Positions 36,908 to 55,722 of a DNA stretch of 64,000 bases are shown here, piece by piece. The notes beneath the pieces are model-generated. The model saw only the letters and a program-made list of their open reading frames with translations. It did not search any database and had not been told where the DNA came from. The position numbers and the translations under genes are program-made. Origin of the DNA: the human T2T-CHM13v2.0 reference genome, Homo sapiens; NCBI RefSeq assembly GCF_009914755.1, contig NC_060947.1. One strand, written 5' to 3'. How positions within the stretch are numbered: position 1 is the first letter of the stretch; each line of letters starts with the position of its first letter.

Positions 36908-37567
36908 AATATAGAGATAGGGTCTTGCTCTTGCTCTGTTGCCTAGACTGGAGTGCTGTAGCATGACTATAGCTTACTGCAGCCTCAGCCTCCCAGGCGC
37001 AAGCAATCCTCCCATTCCAGCCTCCCAAGTATCTAGAACGACAGGTGCATGCCAACACCTCTGGCTAATTTATTTTAATTTTTTTTTTGTAGAGACAGGG
37101 TCTTGCTCTGTTGCTCAGGCTGGTCTCGAATTCCTGGGCTCAAGTGATCCTCCTGCCTCAGCCTCACATAGCCCTGGGATTACAGGTGTGAACCACTGCA
37201 CCCAGCCTGTAGGGTGTCCCTGCATGAGAATAATATCTAAATCAGTAGGCTGAGTAAAGCAGATTGCCCTTCCTAATATGAGTGGGCCTCATCCAACAGT
37301 TGAAAGCCTGAAAGAACAAAAAAGCTGACCCTTCCCTGAGTAAGAGAGAATTCTTCCTGCGTGATGATCTTCAATCTGGGACATTGACTTTTTTTCTGCC
37401 TTTGGCCTGAAACATTGGCTCTCCCTGGGTCTCGAGCCTGCGGGCCTTTGGACTGGAACTAAATTATCAGCTCTCCTGGGCCTCCAGGTTGTCTATTCAC
37501 CCTGCAGATCTTTCAACTTGCCAGACCCCATAATTATGTGAACCAATTCATTATAAAAATAAATCTC
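36785..37567 (+). mobile_element. MLT2 (ERVL) LTR split by an AluJ with (GT)n (about 36876-37207)
   Basis: TTTTATGTGTCAACTGACTGGGCCA; CTGAGTAAAGCAGATTGCCCT. Confidence 0.85.
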
Positions 37568-39304
<1,737 letters not shown>

Positions 39305-39515
39305 TGATTGATGGTGTTTTTCAGAGGACCCCAGTCCCATTATCTGCCTTGGAAATGGGACTGGGGTCCTTTGAAAAACACCTTTTATCATTTCTTACGT
39401 TTTTTTTTTTACACAATTAATACCATACCACTGCAGAAAATGTGTATCAGTAAAAAGGAAATAAAACCACTGGCATTTCTACCACCCAGAGAAAAAAATA
39501 ATAATAAATCTCTTT

Positions 39516-39817
39516 TGGCCAGGCTCGGTGGCTCACACCCGTAATCCCAGTACTTTGGGAGGCTGAGGCAGGTGGATCACTTGAGGTCACGAGTTCGAGA
39601 CCAGCCTGGGCAACATGGCAAAACCCTGTCTCCACTAAAAATACAAAAATTAGCCGGGCACGATGTTGTATGCCTGTAGTCCCAGCTACTCGGGAGGCTG
39701 AGGTAGAAGGGTCACTTGTGCCTGGGGAGTGGAGGTTGCAGTGAGCCGAGATCGTGCCACTGCCCTCCAGTCTGGGTGACAGAGTGAGACTCTGTCTGCC
39801 TCCCCTAACAAAAAAAA
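39516..39817 (+). mobile_element. Alu (J/S)
   Basis: Full dimer. Confidence 0.92.
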
Positions 39818-40586
39818 TTTTGAACAAATGTAAGTGCATTCTTCCAAGGACAATTCCTCTTTGGAGAGTTGGTGGACCAGAAGATGTTGTGAAATGTGAG
39901 CTCGCTGGATGTTGAGTTTTCCAGGTGCTTAAGTCCTCACTGTGCTGCCCTTGTGACCTTCAGGCCTAGGTCATCAAGATGCACAGCACAGGACAGAAGC
40001 CCCTCTAGTCCTGCACCTGGTGACATGGAACTGCTGTGCTGGTCCACACAGACACAGCCTCCAACCAAGCCTGGCTCCTACCCATCACAGTTCTGTAGGC
40101 TGCCCATTTGCAGAAGGCCTTCCATCTGACACTCCTCCTCGCCTGCTTGTTCTCCAGCCATGTTGTGGCCAATTTGCCATGAGGAGGTTGCAGTGGCCAA
40201 GACTGTTGGAAACTGTGCGGTGTAGCTGGGAGAGAAAGGACACACTCTAAATGTTCTTACTGCCTGTGACGACGCAGCTACAGCGATGTACTAGCTGCTC
40301 ACAAGCCTGTTCCTTCTTCCATTGTAGGGCATGAAGAATTCCCTTATCACTGGGTAAGAAGGGGGAACAGAAGTTTTTCTCATGCCTAATTTTGCGTTTT
40401 CAGTAAGGTCTTTTTCAGCTTGTCCAGGAGAAACTGGAAAAAAAAAGATACTTGAAATAAACTGAAGGACATTTAAACAAAGAAACACTTGAAATAAATT
40501 GAAAAGAATTTTTTTTTTCTTTTTTAACATTAACATATTTTGCAGGAAGAAAAAATATAAAGGACACTAGGGGCAAATAAATTTCT

Positions 40587-41025
40587 GTGTTTACAATAGC
40601 AAAGACCTGGAACCAACCCAAATGCCCATCAATGATAGGCTGGATAAAGCAAATGTGGCACATGTACACCATGGAATACTATGCAGCCATAAAAAGGAAT
40701 GAGATCATGTCCTTTGCAGGGACGTGGATGGAGCTGAAAGCCATCATCCTGAGCAAACTAATGCAGGAACAGAAAACCAAACACTGCATGTTCTCGCTTA
40801 TAAATGGAAGCTGAACAGTAAGAACACATGGACACAAGGAAGGGAACAACACACACTGGGGCCTGCTGGGGTGGCAGGGGGAGGGAGAGCATCAGGATAA
40901 ATAGCTAATGCATGTGGGACTTAATACCTAGGTGATGGGTTGATAGGTGCAGCAAACCACCAAGACACACGTTTACCTATGTAACAAACCTGCATGCCCT
41001 GCACATGTATCCCAGAACTTAAAAA

Positions 41026-41026
<1 letters not shown>
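40587..41026 (+). mobile_element. 5'-truncated older L1PA 3' end, followed by (TG)n
   Basis: FTIAKTWNQPKCPS...WIKQMWHMYTMEYY translation; 3'UTR. Confidence 0.92.
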
Positions 41027-41061
<35 letters not shown>

Positions 41062-41489
41062 AAATGGAAAACCATCAACCAAGAGAGAGCAGTATCCACT
41101 CGCAGATTCGGATCCCAGAGTCCTGAGGCCTTACATGTCTGGAATCAATGCATTCTCAACTGGTCCTGTAGTAAGATGCTCATGGGGTTTGTCTTCAAAC
41201 TCACTGTTAGAGGACTTTTTAAATCACAGGCTTAGCAAACCGGCCAAATTACTGCCACTCTTCTAGGTGGGAACTCTCAGCTGTTGCTGAAGGCCCCAGA
41301 TGTTCCTGTGCTACTCATTCAGATTCCTCACGGTCACTTACACTCCTTCCTTTTTTGACTAGCAGGAAACAGCAGGATGGGCCAGATTCTCACTTGCCTA
41401 TCTATCGCTCTTGGATGATTCTTCTCAATTGTGATGCTTCTGTGGCACATTGACCATCTGTACCTCTAGAACCTACACAAGGGATTGCT

Positions 41490-41811
41490 TCTTCTTCTCC
41501 TTCTCCTTCTCCTTCTTCTTCTTTTTTTTTCCTGAGAGGGAGTCTCGCATTGTCGCCCAGGCTGGAGTGCAGTGGCAGTCTCGGCTCACTGCAACCTCCA
41601 ACTCCCTGGTTCAAGTGATTCTCCTGCCTCAGCCTCCTGAGTAGCTGGGATTACAGGCATGCACTACCATGCCCAGCTAATTCTTGTATTTTTAGTAGAG
41701 ATGGGGTTTCACCATGTTGGCCAGGATGGTCTCGATCTCCTGACCTCATGATCTGCCCGCCTCAGCCTCCCAAAGTGTTAGGATTACAGGCTTGAGCCAC
41801 CGCGCCCGGCC
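41490..41811 (-). mobile_element. AluS
   Basis: Full dimer, CTT-rich tail. Confidence 0.93.
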
Positions 41812-42774
41812 AGGGCTTGCTTCTTTTAACCAGCCACGGGCTGGCTTTGTCTGGTGACCTTATCTGCCTGCTATTTCACTGTTCCTGCTTCCATTCACCA
41901 ATTCCAGTGGTGTAGCATGCTTTCAGCCCTTGGCCGGCGGACCAGCAAGAAGATGGACCTTTACATTCAAGCAAAGGTGGCTTTATAACAAGAAGAACTG
42001 AAGGCTGAAACAATCTCTTGCTGCTGCAAAGAACAAATTTTGTGTTTCTTTTTCTAATCTTGAAAAATGACCTCTTGAAGAGATTCCATGCTACTTTCTC
42101 TTTCTCCCTGTATGGGACCTTAATGTAGCACAGTGAGACTCAAAGAGGTGCACATTTTCTATTACCAGTGCTCTGGGCTGTGGGGCTTTCAGCTGCTGCT
42201 GCCAAAATCTGGTCGTCTAAAATTCTTCCAGTAGAGGCTAAAAGATGATACAATTCCTTAGGGTTCTTAATCGCCACCTGGTTGTTTTCCTATTCTTTGC
42301 TATCTACCTGCGCTGGCTTGGAAACCTGCTAAGAAAGGCACAATGTGGTGCTTAGGGCATCTCCAGAAGCCCAAGACCATCAGGCAATTGCCATGTATTC
42401 AGAGGGAAGTTTTTTTTTTTTTTTTTTTCATCTGCAACTCAGGAGCTGGGCCTCTGCTACAGGCACTTACAAATGATGTTTTCATTTTAAAAGACTTAAC
42501 AATCTGATATTCAATATGGCTCATGGTGGAGCTCCAGCATTTCTCCCTCCCTCCTGGTTTACCTACAGAGGTAGACTCAGAAGGAGATTGTGGTCTGCGT
42601 TTCCTGTTAGGAACGTATCAGTGCTCATCTTATTATTATAAGCCCCTTACTTTTGCGAATTTAAAGTAGTACTGACAAGCCTGGATTGTGAAGTGGGCTT
42701 TGCTTGGTCCTTAGGAGGCTAGCCTAGATTTTGCCACTGGGGAAGATCAGTTTTCAGTTTCCCACAGTATGCTG

Positions 42775-43594
<820 letters not shown>

Positions 43595-43783
43595 TAGAGA
43601 ATGCATGTCTTTTGTGTTAAGAAACCAAAGAGAAATAAAGAACACTTCTTATATATATATATTTTCTATATAATTCCATATAGATCCACCTAAGGTTTTA
43701 TTAATTAAATGAGAAGAGAATTACTGTTTTTAACCCTAAAGGGTATTGATTATGGTAAAACTGTCAATAAAAAATGGGTTGCA

Positions 43784-44320
<537 letters not shown>

Positions 44321-44324
44321 AAAC

Positions 44325-45240
<916 letters not shown>

Positions 45241-45459
45241 ATTTTCCTACTTAAAAAAAGTTGACTTATTGTCTACATCAGTGATCTTTATACTTGAGTC
45301 CATGAACTCTTAGGGAGTCCATTAACATCCTAAAATTCTATTCAAACTTGTTGTTTTTCTTTGAAGAGGGTCCATTGCTTTAGGTGAGAGAGACTCTTAC
45401 TCCAGTACTCATGTTTCCATAGAGGAGAGGTGACTTCAGTACTCTCTAGGAGACACATT

Positions 45460-45779
45460 TCTTTTTTTATTTTAATTTAATTTTATTATTATTTTTTGAG
45501 ACAGAGTCTTGCTCTGTCACCCAGGCTGGAGTCCAGTGGTGCGATCTCAGCTTGCTGCAACCTCTGTCTCCTGGGCTCAAGTGATTCTTCTGCCTCAGCC
45601 TCCCGAGTAGCTGGGATTACAGGCACCCACCACCATGTCCGGCTAATTTTTGCATTTTTAGTAGAGACGGAGATTCACCATGTTGGCCAGGCTGGTCTCG
45701 AACTCCCGACTTTAGGTAATCCACCTGCCTTGGCCTCTCAAAGTGCTGGGATTACAGGTGTAAGCCACCACGCCCAGCC
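45460..45779 (-). mobile_element. AluS
   Basis: TSD TAGGAG(A/G)CACATTTCT. Confidence 0.94.
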
Positions 45780-46794
45780 TAGGAGGCACATTTCTACTCC
45801 CTCTCCACCCTTTATTTGCTTCTCCCCACAGGAGGAGGAGTAACTAATACTTAGGATGGTCTGCTTTTCATTGGTCCCAGTTCTGGGCCAGGTTAACATG
45901 TTCAAGGTCACTGCAAATAAATGATCTGACCTCTTGCTCCATTTGTCTGTACAAATGGCAAATATTTTGTTTCCTGCTTCTGTGGCCAGGTCATGGCTTC
46001 TCCTGCCTGTGGCTGGATGGCTAATTCTGTCTAAATTAGGAGGAAGAAGTAGGATGTCCATTTTGGCCTTGGGGCTCTTCTATGTTCTCCAATACAGCAT
46101 TAATATTAGCAAAGCTCATACTTTAACTCCCATCTCATTCTGTATATATTTCATTTTTTTAAAAAAATGTGATACTGTTTATTTAACTTCAAAAACATTT
46201 CAGCATTCTAAACATACAAAAGGATAACAGAATGTTGCAAATCGTGTTTGAGTACAGAAGGTTCTTGAACTTTCATTGATGCAGGGGCTCTTTGCTTTGC
46301 TAACAACGAAGAGTTCTATAGTTTGTTTTAAAACAAACAGTTTAAAAACTACCACACACACACACACAAACCCAAAAACTTCTCATGCCAGCTGACCCCA
46401 CTTTGTTCACAGCTAAGATGGCAGCAGAATGCTATGTCAATATATACAGAAACAAGACAACCTGAAGCTAAATGGATGACCCCTGCAGAGTCAACAGGTC
46501 CAGCCTTACACTGTATGCCCTGCGCTACGGCCCCTCCAAAAGGCATCTTCCCCACAGCCTCAACACCAAGCAAGGAGCATCAAGAGTTTTTCTCCGGTGT
46601 TTTGTTCTTTTTACAAACTATAGATATATACAGTTGACAACTCAGGATTTCTAACCAATAACCATATAGTTAACACCACCTTACAAAAAAAAAAAAAGCC
46701 AAAAACATCATTAAGTGCCTTCCCACACCAACAGCAAAGTGCACAGAGTGAGGGGAACAGCAGAGTACCTTTTCATTTTAAAAATGTTTGGAAA

Positions 46795-47123
46795 CCCTCT
46801 CCCTCTCCCTCTCCCTCTCCCTCTCCCTCTCCCTCTCCCTCTCCCTCTCCCTCTCCCTCTCCCTCTCCCTCTCCCTCTCCCTCTCCCTCTCCCTCTCCCT
46901 CTCCCTCTCCCTCTCCCTCTCCCTCCCCTCTCCCTCTCCCTCTCCCTCTCCCTCTCCCTCTCCCTCTCCCTCTCCCTCTCCCTCTCCCTCTCCCTCTCCC
47001 TCTCCCTCTCCCTCTCCCTCTCCCTCTCCCTCTCCCTCTCCCTCTCCCTCTCCCTCTCCCTCTCCCTCTCCCTCTCCCTCTCCCTCTCCCTCTCCCTCTC
47101 CCTCTCCCTCTCCCTCTCCCTCT
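46795..47123 (+). repeat. SVA hexamer (CCCTCT)21-CCCTC-(CCCTCT)33
   Basis: Counted from the sequence. Confidence 0.95.
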
Positions 47124-48545
47124 CCTCGGTCTCCCTCTCCCTCTCTTTCCACAGTCTCCCTCTGATGCCGAGCCAAAGCTGGACTGTACTGCTGCCATCT
47201 CGGCTCACTGCAACCTCCCTGCCTGATTCTCCTGCCTCAGCCTGCCGAGTGCCTGCGATTGCAGGCGCACGCCACCACGCCTGACTGGTTTTCGTATTTT
47301 TTTGGTGGAGACGGGTTTCGCTGTGTTGGCTGGGCTGGTCTCCAGCTCCTAAACGCGAGTGATCCGCCAGCCTCGGCCTCCCGAGGTGCCGGGATTGCAG
47401 ACGGAGTCTGGTTCACTCAGTGCTCAATGGTGCCCAGGCTGGAGTGCAGTGGCGTGATCTCGGCTAGCTACAACCACCTCCCAGCCGCCTGCCTTGGCCT
47501 CCCAAAAAGCTGAGATTGCAGCCTCTGCCCGGCCGCCACCCCGTCTGGGAAGTGAGGAGCGTCTCTGCCTGGCCGCCATCCCATCTAGGAAGTGAGGAGC
47601 ACCTCTTCCCCACTGCCATCCCATCTAGGAAGTGAGGAGCGTCTCTGCCCGGCCGCCCATCGTCTGGGACGTGGGGAGCGCCTCTGCCCCGCCGCCCCGT
47701 CTGGGATGTGAGGAGCGCCTCTGCCCGGCCACGACCCCATCTGGGAGGTGAGGAGCGTCTCTGCCCGGCCGCCCCGTCTGAGAAGTGAGGAGACCCTCTG
47801 CCTGGCAGCCGCCCCGTCTGAGAAGTGAGGAGCCCCTCCGTCCGGCAGCCACCCCGTCTGGGAAGTGAGGAGCATCTCCGCCCGGCAGCCACACCGTCCG
47901 GGAGGGAGGTGGGGGGGTCAGCCCCCCGCCCGGCCAGCCGCCCCGTCCGGGAGGCAAGGGGCCCCTCTGCCCGGCCACCCCTACTGGGAAGTGAGGAGCC
48001 CCTCTGCCCGGCCACGACCCCGTCTGGGAGGTGTACCCAACAGCTCATTGAGAACGGGCCATGATGACAATGGCGGTTTTGTGGAATAGAAAGGGGGGAA
48101 AGGTGGGGAAAAGATTGAGAAATCGGATGGTTGCCGTGTCTGTGTAGAGAGAAGTAGACATGGGAGACTTTTCATTTTGTTCTGTACTAAGAAAAATTCT
48201 TCTGCCTTGGGATCCTGTTGATCTGTGACCTTACCCCCAACCCTGTGCTCTCTGAAACATGTGCTGTGTCCACTCAGGGTTAAATGGATTAAGGGCGGTG
48301 CAAGATGTGCTTTGTTAAACAGATGCTTGAAGGCAGCATGCTCGTTAAGAGTCATCACCACTCCCTGATCTTAAGTACCCAGGGACACAAACACTGCGGA
48401 AGGCCGCAGGGTCCTTTGCCTAGGAAAACCAGAGACCTTTGTTCACTTGTTTATCTGCTGACATTCCCTCCACTATTGTCCTATGACCCTGCCAAATACC
48501 CCTCTGCGAGAAACACCCAAGAATGATCAATTAAAAAAAAAAAAA
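46795..48545 (+). mobile_element. Full-length SVA (SVA_D-like)
   Basis: (CCCTCT)n, Alu-like domain, GC-rich VNTR, SINE-R, poly-A; TSD GTTTGGAAA (46786-46794, 48546-48554). Confidence 0.97.
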
Positions 48546-48741
48546 GTTTGGAAATATGTACAACTTTGATACAGTTTCAGGGTGCTCTGGACACCCATGG
48601 CCACATCATGTAAACCACTGACAATCTCTAGAACACTTTGAGAGACTACAATATGATCGTGATCAAATTTTGCAGTTAAGCCTAATGAGGGCAACAGACA
48701 CTTCTCAAATAAGAGATGTGTCCATTACTGCGCTCCACGCA

Positions 48742-49047
<306 letters not shown>

Positions 49048-49790
49048 CTACTCTAAGGTATTCACAAGGAGACAGATAAACAGTTTTTAAATTCATCCTC
49101 CTCGTCCTCCTCCTCCTCTTCTTCCTCCTCATCTTCTTCATCTTCCTCTTCCACCTTTATCTGGGCAACTTCAGCAGGACTCTTTGCGCCATCAAACTTT
49201 CCTTTCGACTTATACTCAGCAACATCCTTCTCATACTCCTCCTTCAGTTTTGCCGCCTTAGTGATGTAAGGCTGCTTTTCACTGTCATTTAAGTTATTCT
49301 ACATCTCACCAGCTTTTTTGCCACGTCTCCAATAGAGATGCCAGGGTTTGTGGATTTTATCTTGGGGTGGAATTCTGAACAGAACAGGAAGAATTCAGAT
49401 GGTGGCCTTTTGAAGGTATTAGAATCCTTCTTCTTCTTGCCTCCTTTAGCTGGTCCATAATCCTTCATTTCCCGATCATAGCGTACTTTATCCACCTTTG
49501 CCAGTTTATCAAATTTAGACTTTTCTTTCCTGGACATTGTCTTCCACCTCCTGGAGCACTTCTTGGAAAATTCTGCAAAATTGACAGGGACCTCTTGGTA
49601 TTTCTTCTTACGTTCTTCTCTGCACGTCTGCACAAAGAAGGCATAGGCAGACATCTTGCCATTTGGTTTCTTGGGGTCACCTTTAGCCATCCTGACTGTA
49701 TTGTTCACTAGTCTGGGCAGCGCAGGGCATGACACGCAGCTCTGCGCTCCCCAGCCTCACGCTAGCTGCCTCCAGGAGAGCTGCCTCCTC

Positions 49791-50131
49791 CTTCCTTTCT
49801 TTCTTTTCTTTCCTTTCCTTCCTTTCCTTCTCTCTCTCTCTTTCTTTTCTTTTTTCAGAGTCTCTCACTTGTCGTCCTGGCTTGAGTGCAGTGGTGCAAT
49901 CTCAGCTCACCGCAACCTCCGCCTCCTGGATTCAAGCGATTCTCCTGCCTCAGCCTTCTGAATAGCTGGGACTACAGGTGTGTGCCACCACGCCTGGCTA
50001 ATTTTTGTATTTTAGTAAAGACAGGGTTTCACCATGTTGGTCAGCTTGGTTTCGAACTCCTGACCTCATGATCCGGCCACCTCTGCCTCCCAAAGTTCTG
50101 GGATTACAGGCATGAGCCTCCACGTCCGGCC
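49791..50131 (-). mobile_element. AluS abutting the pseudogene 5' end
   Basis: Dimer with degenerate CT-rich tail. Confidence 0.93.
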
Positions 50132-50226
50132 CTCCTGTATATATTTCTTTATTGGCTCAGATTCCGTAGGGAAGGTGATTAATTAGCACTCTTGATCCCC
50201 TTCCCTATTATGTACATAGCTTTCCA

Positions 50227-50246
50227 TTGAAGAGGATCCCATTACA

Positions 50247-50290
<44 letters not shown>
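50227..50290 (+). repeat. (CA)n microsatellite
   Basis: About 31 units. Confidence 0.95.
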
Positions 50291-50292
<2 letters not shown>

Positions 50293-51063
50293 CTTTACCT
50301 TAAGGACCTATACCTATAGGGTATAGTCCACAACTCTTTATCTGAGATTCACGTTCTTCTCAAACCTGCCTCTCCATACTTATCCCCTACTGTCTCCTGA
50401 AACAAACCCTTTGTTTCAGTCAGACCACTTCACCCAATTATATTCCAGACACTGGATCTCTGCTTAGCCATTTCCTCTCCCTGAGAAACTCTTCCCACTG
50501 TTCCCTGCCAGTCCAAATCCTACCATATTTCAAAGCCGAGGTCATCTTTCTCTGTGAAAACTCTCCTGGACATTCGTACACAGAGTAAATTTATTTATTA
50601 CCTGTAGCATAAATTAGGATTAACTTTTCTCTTTCTTTGTCTATACATCCATTCTCCCCACAACTAGATTTGTGAGTCCCTGGAGAGCATGGGTCACATT
50701 TTCTCTCTTTGTTCCCTCAAAGCTTAGCATGAGTTAGAATCTCAACAAATATTTGTGGCTAGAATTTATCTTCTATTTCCCTATTTCAGACCACCAGTTT
50801 CCTGAGCTAGTGGTTTTAAGGATATGAAATTGCTCCTCAGCCACCATTAATAATAGCAATAGATTATCTTATAAAAATACTTTAATAGCTTCCATTTATT
50901 ACACATTTACTCTGCCAGTCACCACACTTTACCTGGATTAACTCACAGACTCCTCATACCAACACTTTTAGAGATTCAGAATGCTTAGGTAATTTATTCA
51001 AGGTCCATCAGCCCATATGTGTAGAACAGAAACCTCTTCTTCTACAACAGAAAACAATAATCT

Positions 51064-51384
<321 letters not shown>

Positions 51385-52053
51385 CTAGCAAGGGCAAATA
51401 AATCTCTGCCCTAAGCCTCTTGCTAAGTATCTGCATGGGTTATGACTTAGTAAAGTACCTACAGGAATTCCGTTAATGCTAAAATTCCTTTCTTAAGAAC
51501 ATTCACATAATGAATAGCAACACTCAGCATTCATTCATGAAGATTTAAAAACTAGTAGCAACACCATTCTTTAATCCAGTCCAATTTCACCAGTGCTATC
51601 AAAGCAATGCTAAGATTGTCTCTTAGCAATCTTAACTTGATTACCTCTTGAAAGGCCCTATCCCCAATACAGTCATATCCAGAGGTCCTGGGGGTTAGGA
51701 CTTCAACATAGGAATTTTGGGAGGCAACAACTCAGCCCATTCCATAGCGGCCCATTATGGTGATTACTTCAATCTTGCCTAGGTCAGTTAAATATCATCA
51801 TTTGGCTTCTGTATTCTGGAATTCTATAATCTGCATTGATACTGGGAGGCCCAGTTGCACCACAGCATCTCTTACTGTCTCTCTGGTCTGCAGAAGACAA
51901 CCACTATTGATCTCAAAAAAGCTGTCGTGTCTGCTTACCAGTGCACTCCTGGTGAAGGAATGTCTTCTCAGCCTTCCCAGGGAACATGGTCAGGAGGTAG
52001 TTTGATATGGTTTGGATCCGTGGTCTAATGGATCTGGTCCCACTTTGTAACTT

Positions 52054-52480
52054 TGTATTAGGCCATTCTCGCATTGCTGTAAAGAGATACCTGAGACTGG
52101 GTAATTTACAAATAAAAGAGGTTTAATTGGCTCATGGTTCTGCAGGCTGTACAGGAAGCATGGCAACATCTACTTGGCCTCTGGGGAGGCTTCAGGAAGC
52201 TTACAATCATGGTGGAAGGCAAAGGGGGAGCAGGCACATCACATGCTCAGGGCAGGAGCAAGAGAGAGAGCGGGGTAGCGGGTGCTACACGCTTTTAAAC
52301 AACCAGATCTTGCAAGAACTCACTCACTATCACGGGAACAGCATCAAGGGGGATGGTGCTAAACCATTCATGAGAAATCCACCACCATGATCCAATCACC
52401 TCCCACCCAGCCCACCTCCAACATTGGGGATTATAATTCATCACGAGATTTCGGTGGGGACACAGATCCAAACCATAGCA
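52054..52480 (-). mobile_element. MSTA-like MaLR LTR
   Basis: TGTATTAGGCCATTCTCGCATTGCT...AAACCATAGCA; flanks AACTT/AACTC. Confidence 0.9.
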
Positions 52481-52904
52481 AACTCCATTCTCACATATCC
52501 ACATACCTTGTATTTTGAGCTTTATGATACCTTCTCCAGTATCAGTTCTGGTATGCCCACTTCCTCCCCACTCCCCCATTCCCTAGCTTCAAGGAGCAAT
52601 CCTAGCAGCATATTAGTACTGGCACCACGTGTCCTTGCCAGGCCATTAAACCCTGAGTCACAGGAGGGTGCTCCTGTGACAGTGAGTTCTCCCCATTCCA
52701 ATCTCATCTTTCTCCCCTTTGTCAAACCTAACTATCCAGGCATCCTAAGGCAGGGACAGCTTGAGGCTGCTCCTCTAGGATATAACCACTTATCCTACCA
52801 AAGGACAAGTACATCTTCCAGAAAGTTCTGCCTTGGGACAAAAGCCTGCAGTGGTATCTGCTCTGCAATCTCAGAGGATGACATTCTTTTCTCAGACTAA
52901 ATAA

Positions 52905-53795
<891 letters not shown>

Positions 53796-53983
53796 CTAAT
53801 AAAAGAAGATAAAAATCACCTGATATCCCATACCTCAGATAACCACTCAGGACTTTATGGCATTTTGTTTACATTATTGTCCCCCTCCACCTAAATGTAA
53901 ATAAAAAAAATTTAATGTGGTATTTCTCTACATATTATCTGGTTTCTACTTTATAATAAAATCTTGTTTACTTGTCTACTTTG

Positions 53984-54043
53984 ATCTCTTCTTGGCTTTT
54001 TGTCTACTTTGATCTCTTCTTGGCTTTTTGACTAAGTGTAGTA
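53984..54043 (+). pseudogene. Tailless 5' fragment of U2 snRNA, partly duplicated
   Basis: ATCTCTTCTTGGCTTTTTGACTAAG-TGTAGTA versus U2 ATCGCTTCTCGGCCTTTTGGCTAAGATCAAGTGTAGTA; 15-bp flanking repeat. Confidence 0.75.
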
Positions 54044-54081
54044 CTTGTCTACTTTGTAATAAAACTTTTCCAAGATTTTAA

Positions 54082-54763
<682 letters not shown>

Positions 54764-55636
54764 GTGACATTATCTTTCTAATGTTTAATTATTATTAAAA
54801 ACATGGACAGTATAATTTATCATGATTAAAATTTTTTGCACATCATTGATGAACTCCTTGGCTTAGCTTCTCAATAACTAAAAGAGGAATTGCTGGCTCA
54901 GAAGCAATGTAATCCTTTTAGGTTTGGGGCATGTATTGTCAAATTATTTTCCAGAAAGGGGGTGACAACTACAGTCTCGCTAGCATCCTGAGAGAATGCT
55001 GCTATGACTCTCTCATTGGCAACACTGCTCATATCTTTTGAAATTTTTGCCAATTTGACAGGTAACTTGTTGCATTGTGGTTGTTTTTAATTGTACCTCT
55101 TCAAAAATCAAATGTAAAAGAAATATTTATTGAGCATGGATTATTTGTCATGCACTGTGCTAATCCCTGGGAATCCAGGAGGGAGTAATGCAGATATTGT
55201 TCTTGCTATCTTTAATCTCACATTCTAGAAAGATGAGGGCATGCCAGAAACAAAGTAAACTGATACACAAGTAGTTATGGATTGGAGGAAGCGTCATAGA
55301 GGAAAGAAACAGGGTAGTATACTACAGATAGTAAGGGACATGCTCATTGGCTTCTGATAATTTCAACAATTCTATCCTTTATGCTCATCAGCTACCATGT
55401 TTCTTCTTTTGTGAAACAGGGAGAAATAGAGGCCCGGGTAAAGGGAGGCTGATAGGAAGTTTGCTGCCATAAAGATGATATTTTACATTTAGTAAAGGGC
55501 ACAGTCAACTCCTACACCATTCTCTCTGGGGTGGCAACTCTGAAATGCTGAGGTGGCCTTGGACTAGTAGGAGATCTGTTCCTTATCTCACCACACAAAA
55601 GCAGATACCAGAACAGCAGGCCCAGTATGGATGCAT

Positions 55637-55640
55637 TCTT

Positions 55641-55671
<31 letters not shown>

Positions 55672-55672
55672 G

Positions 55673-55718
<46 letters not shown>
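55637..55718 (+). repeat. (CT)n-(CA)n compound microsatellite
   Basis: Direct reading. Confidence 0.95.

Positions 55719-55722
<4 letters not shown>

Noticed and set aside
39850-40580. Possible terminal lncRNA exon (TTTTCCAG acceptor, repeated AATAAA)
   Set aside because: Weak pyrimidine tract and AT-rich context; cannot be supported without transcript data
47520-48030. Regularly spaced GTCTGGGAAGTGAGGAGC repeats resembling a CRISPR array
   Set aside because: SVA VNTR: units are tandem with no unique spacers, in primate DNA
46711-48361. RE/RG/LS/LP/GE dipeptide ORFs and VNTR ORFs
   Set aside because: Translations of the SVA hexamer, VNTR and SINE-R; no evidence of expression
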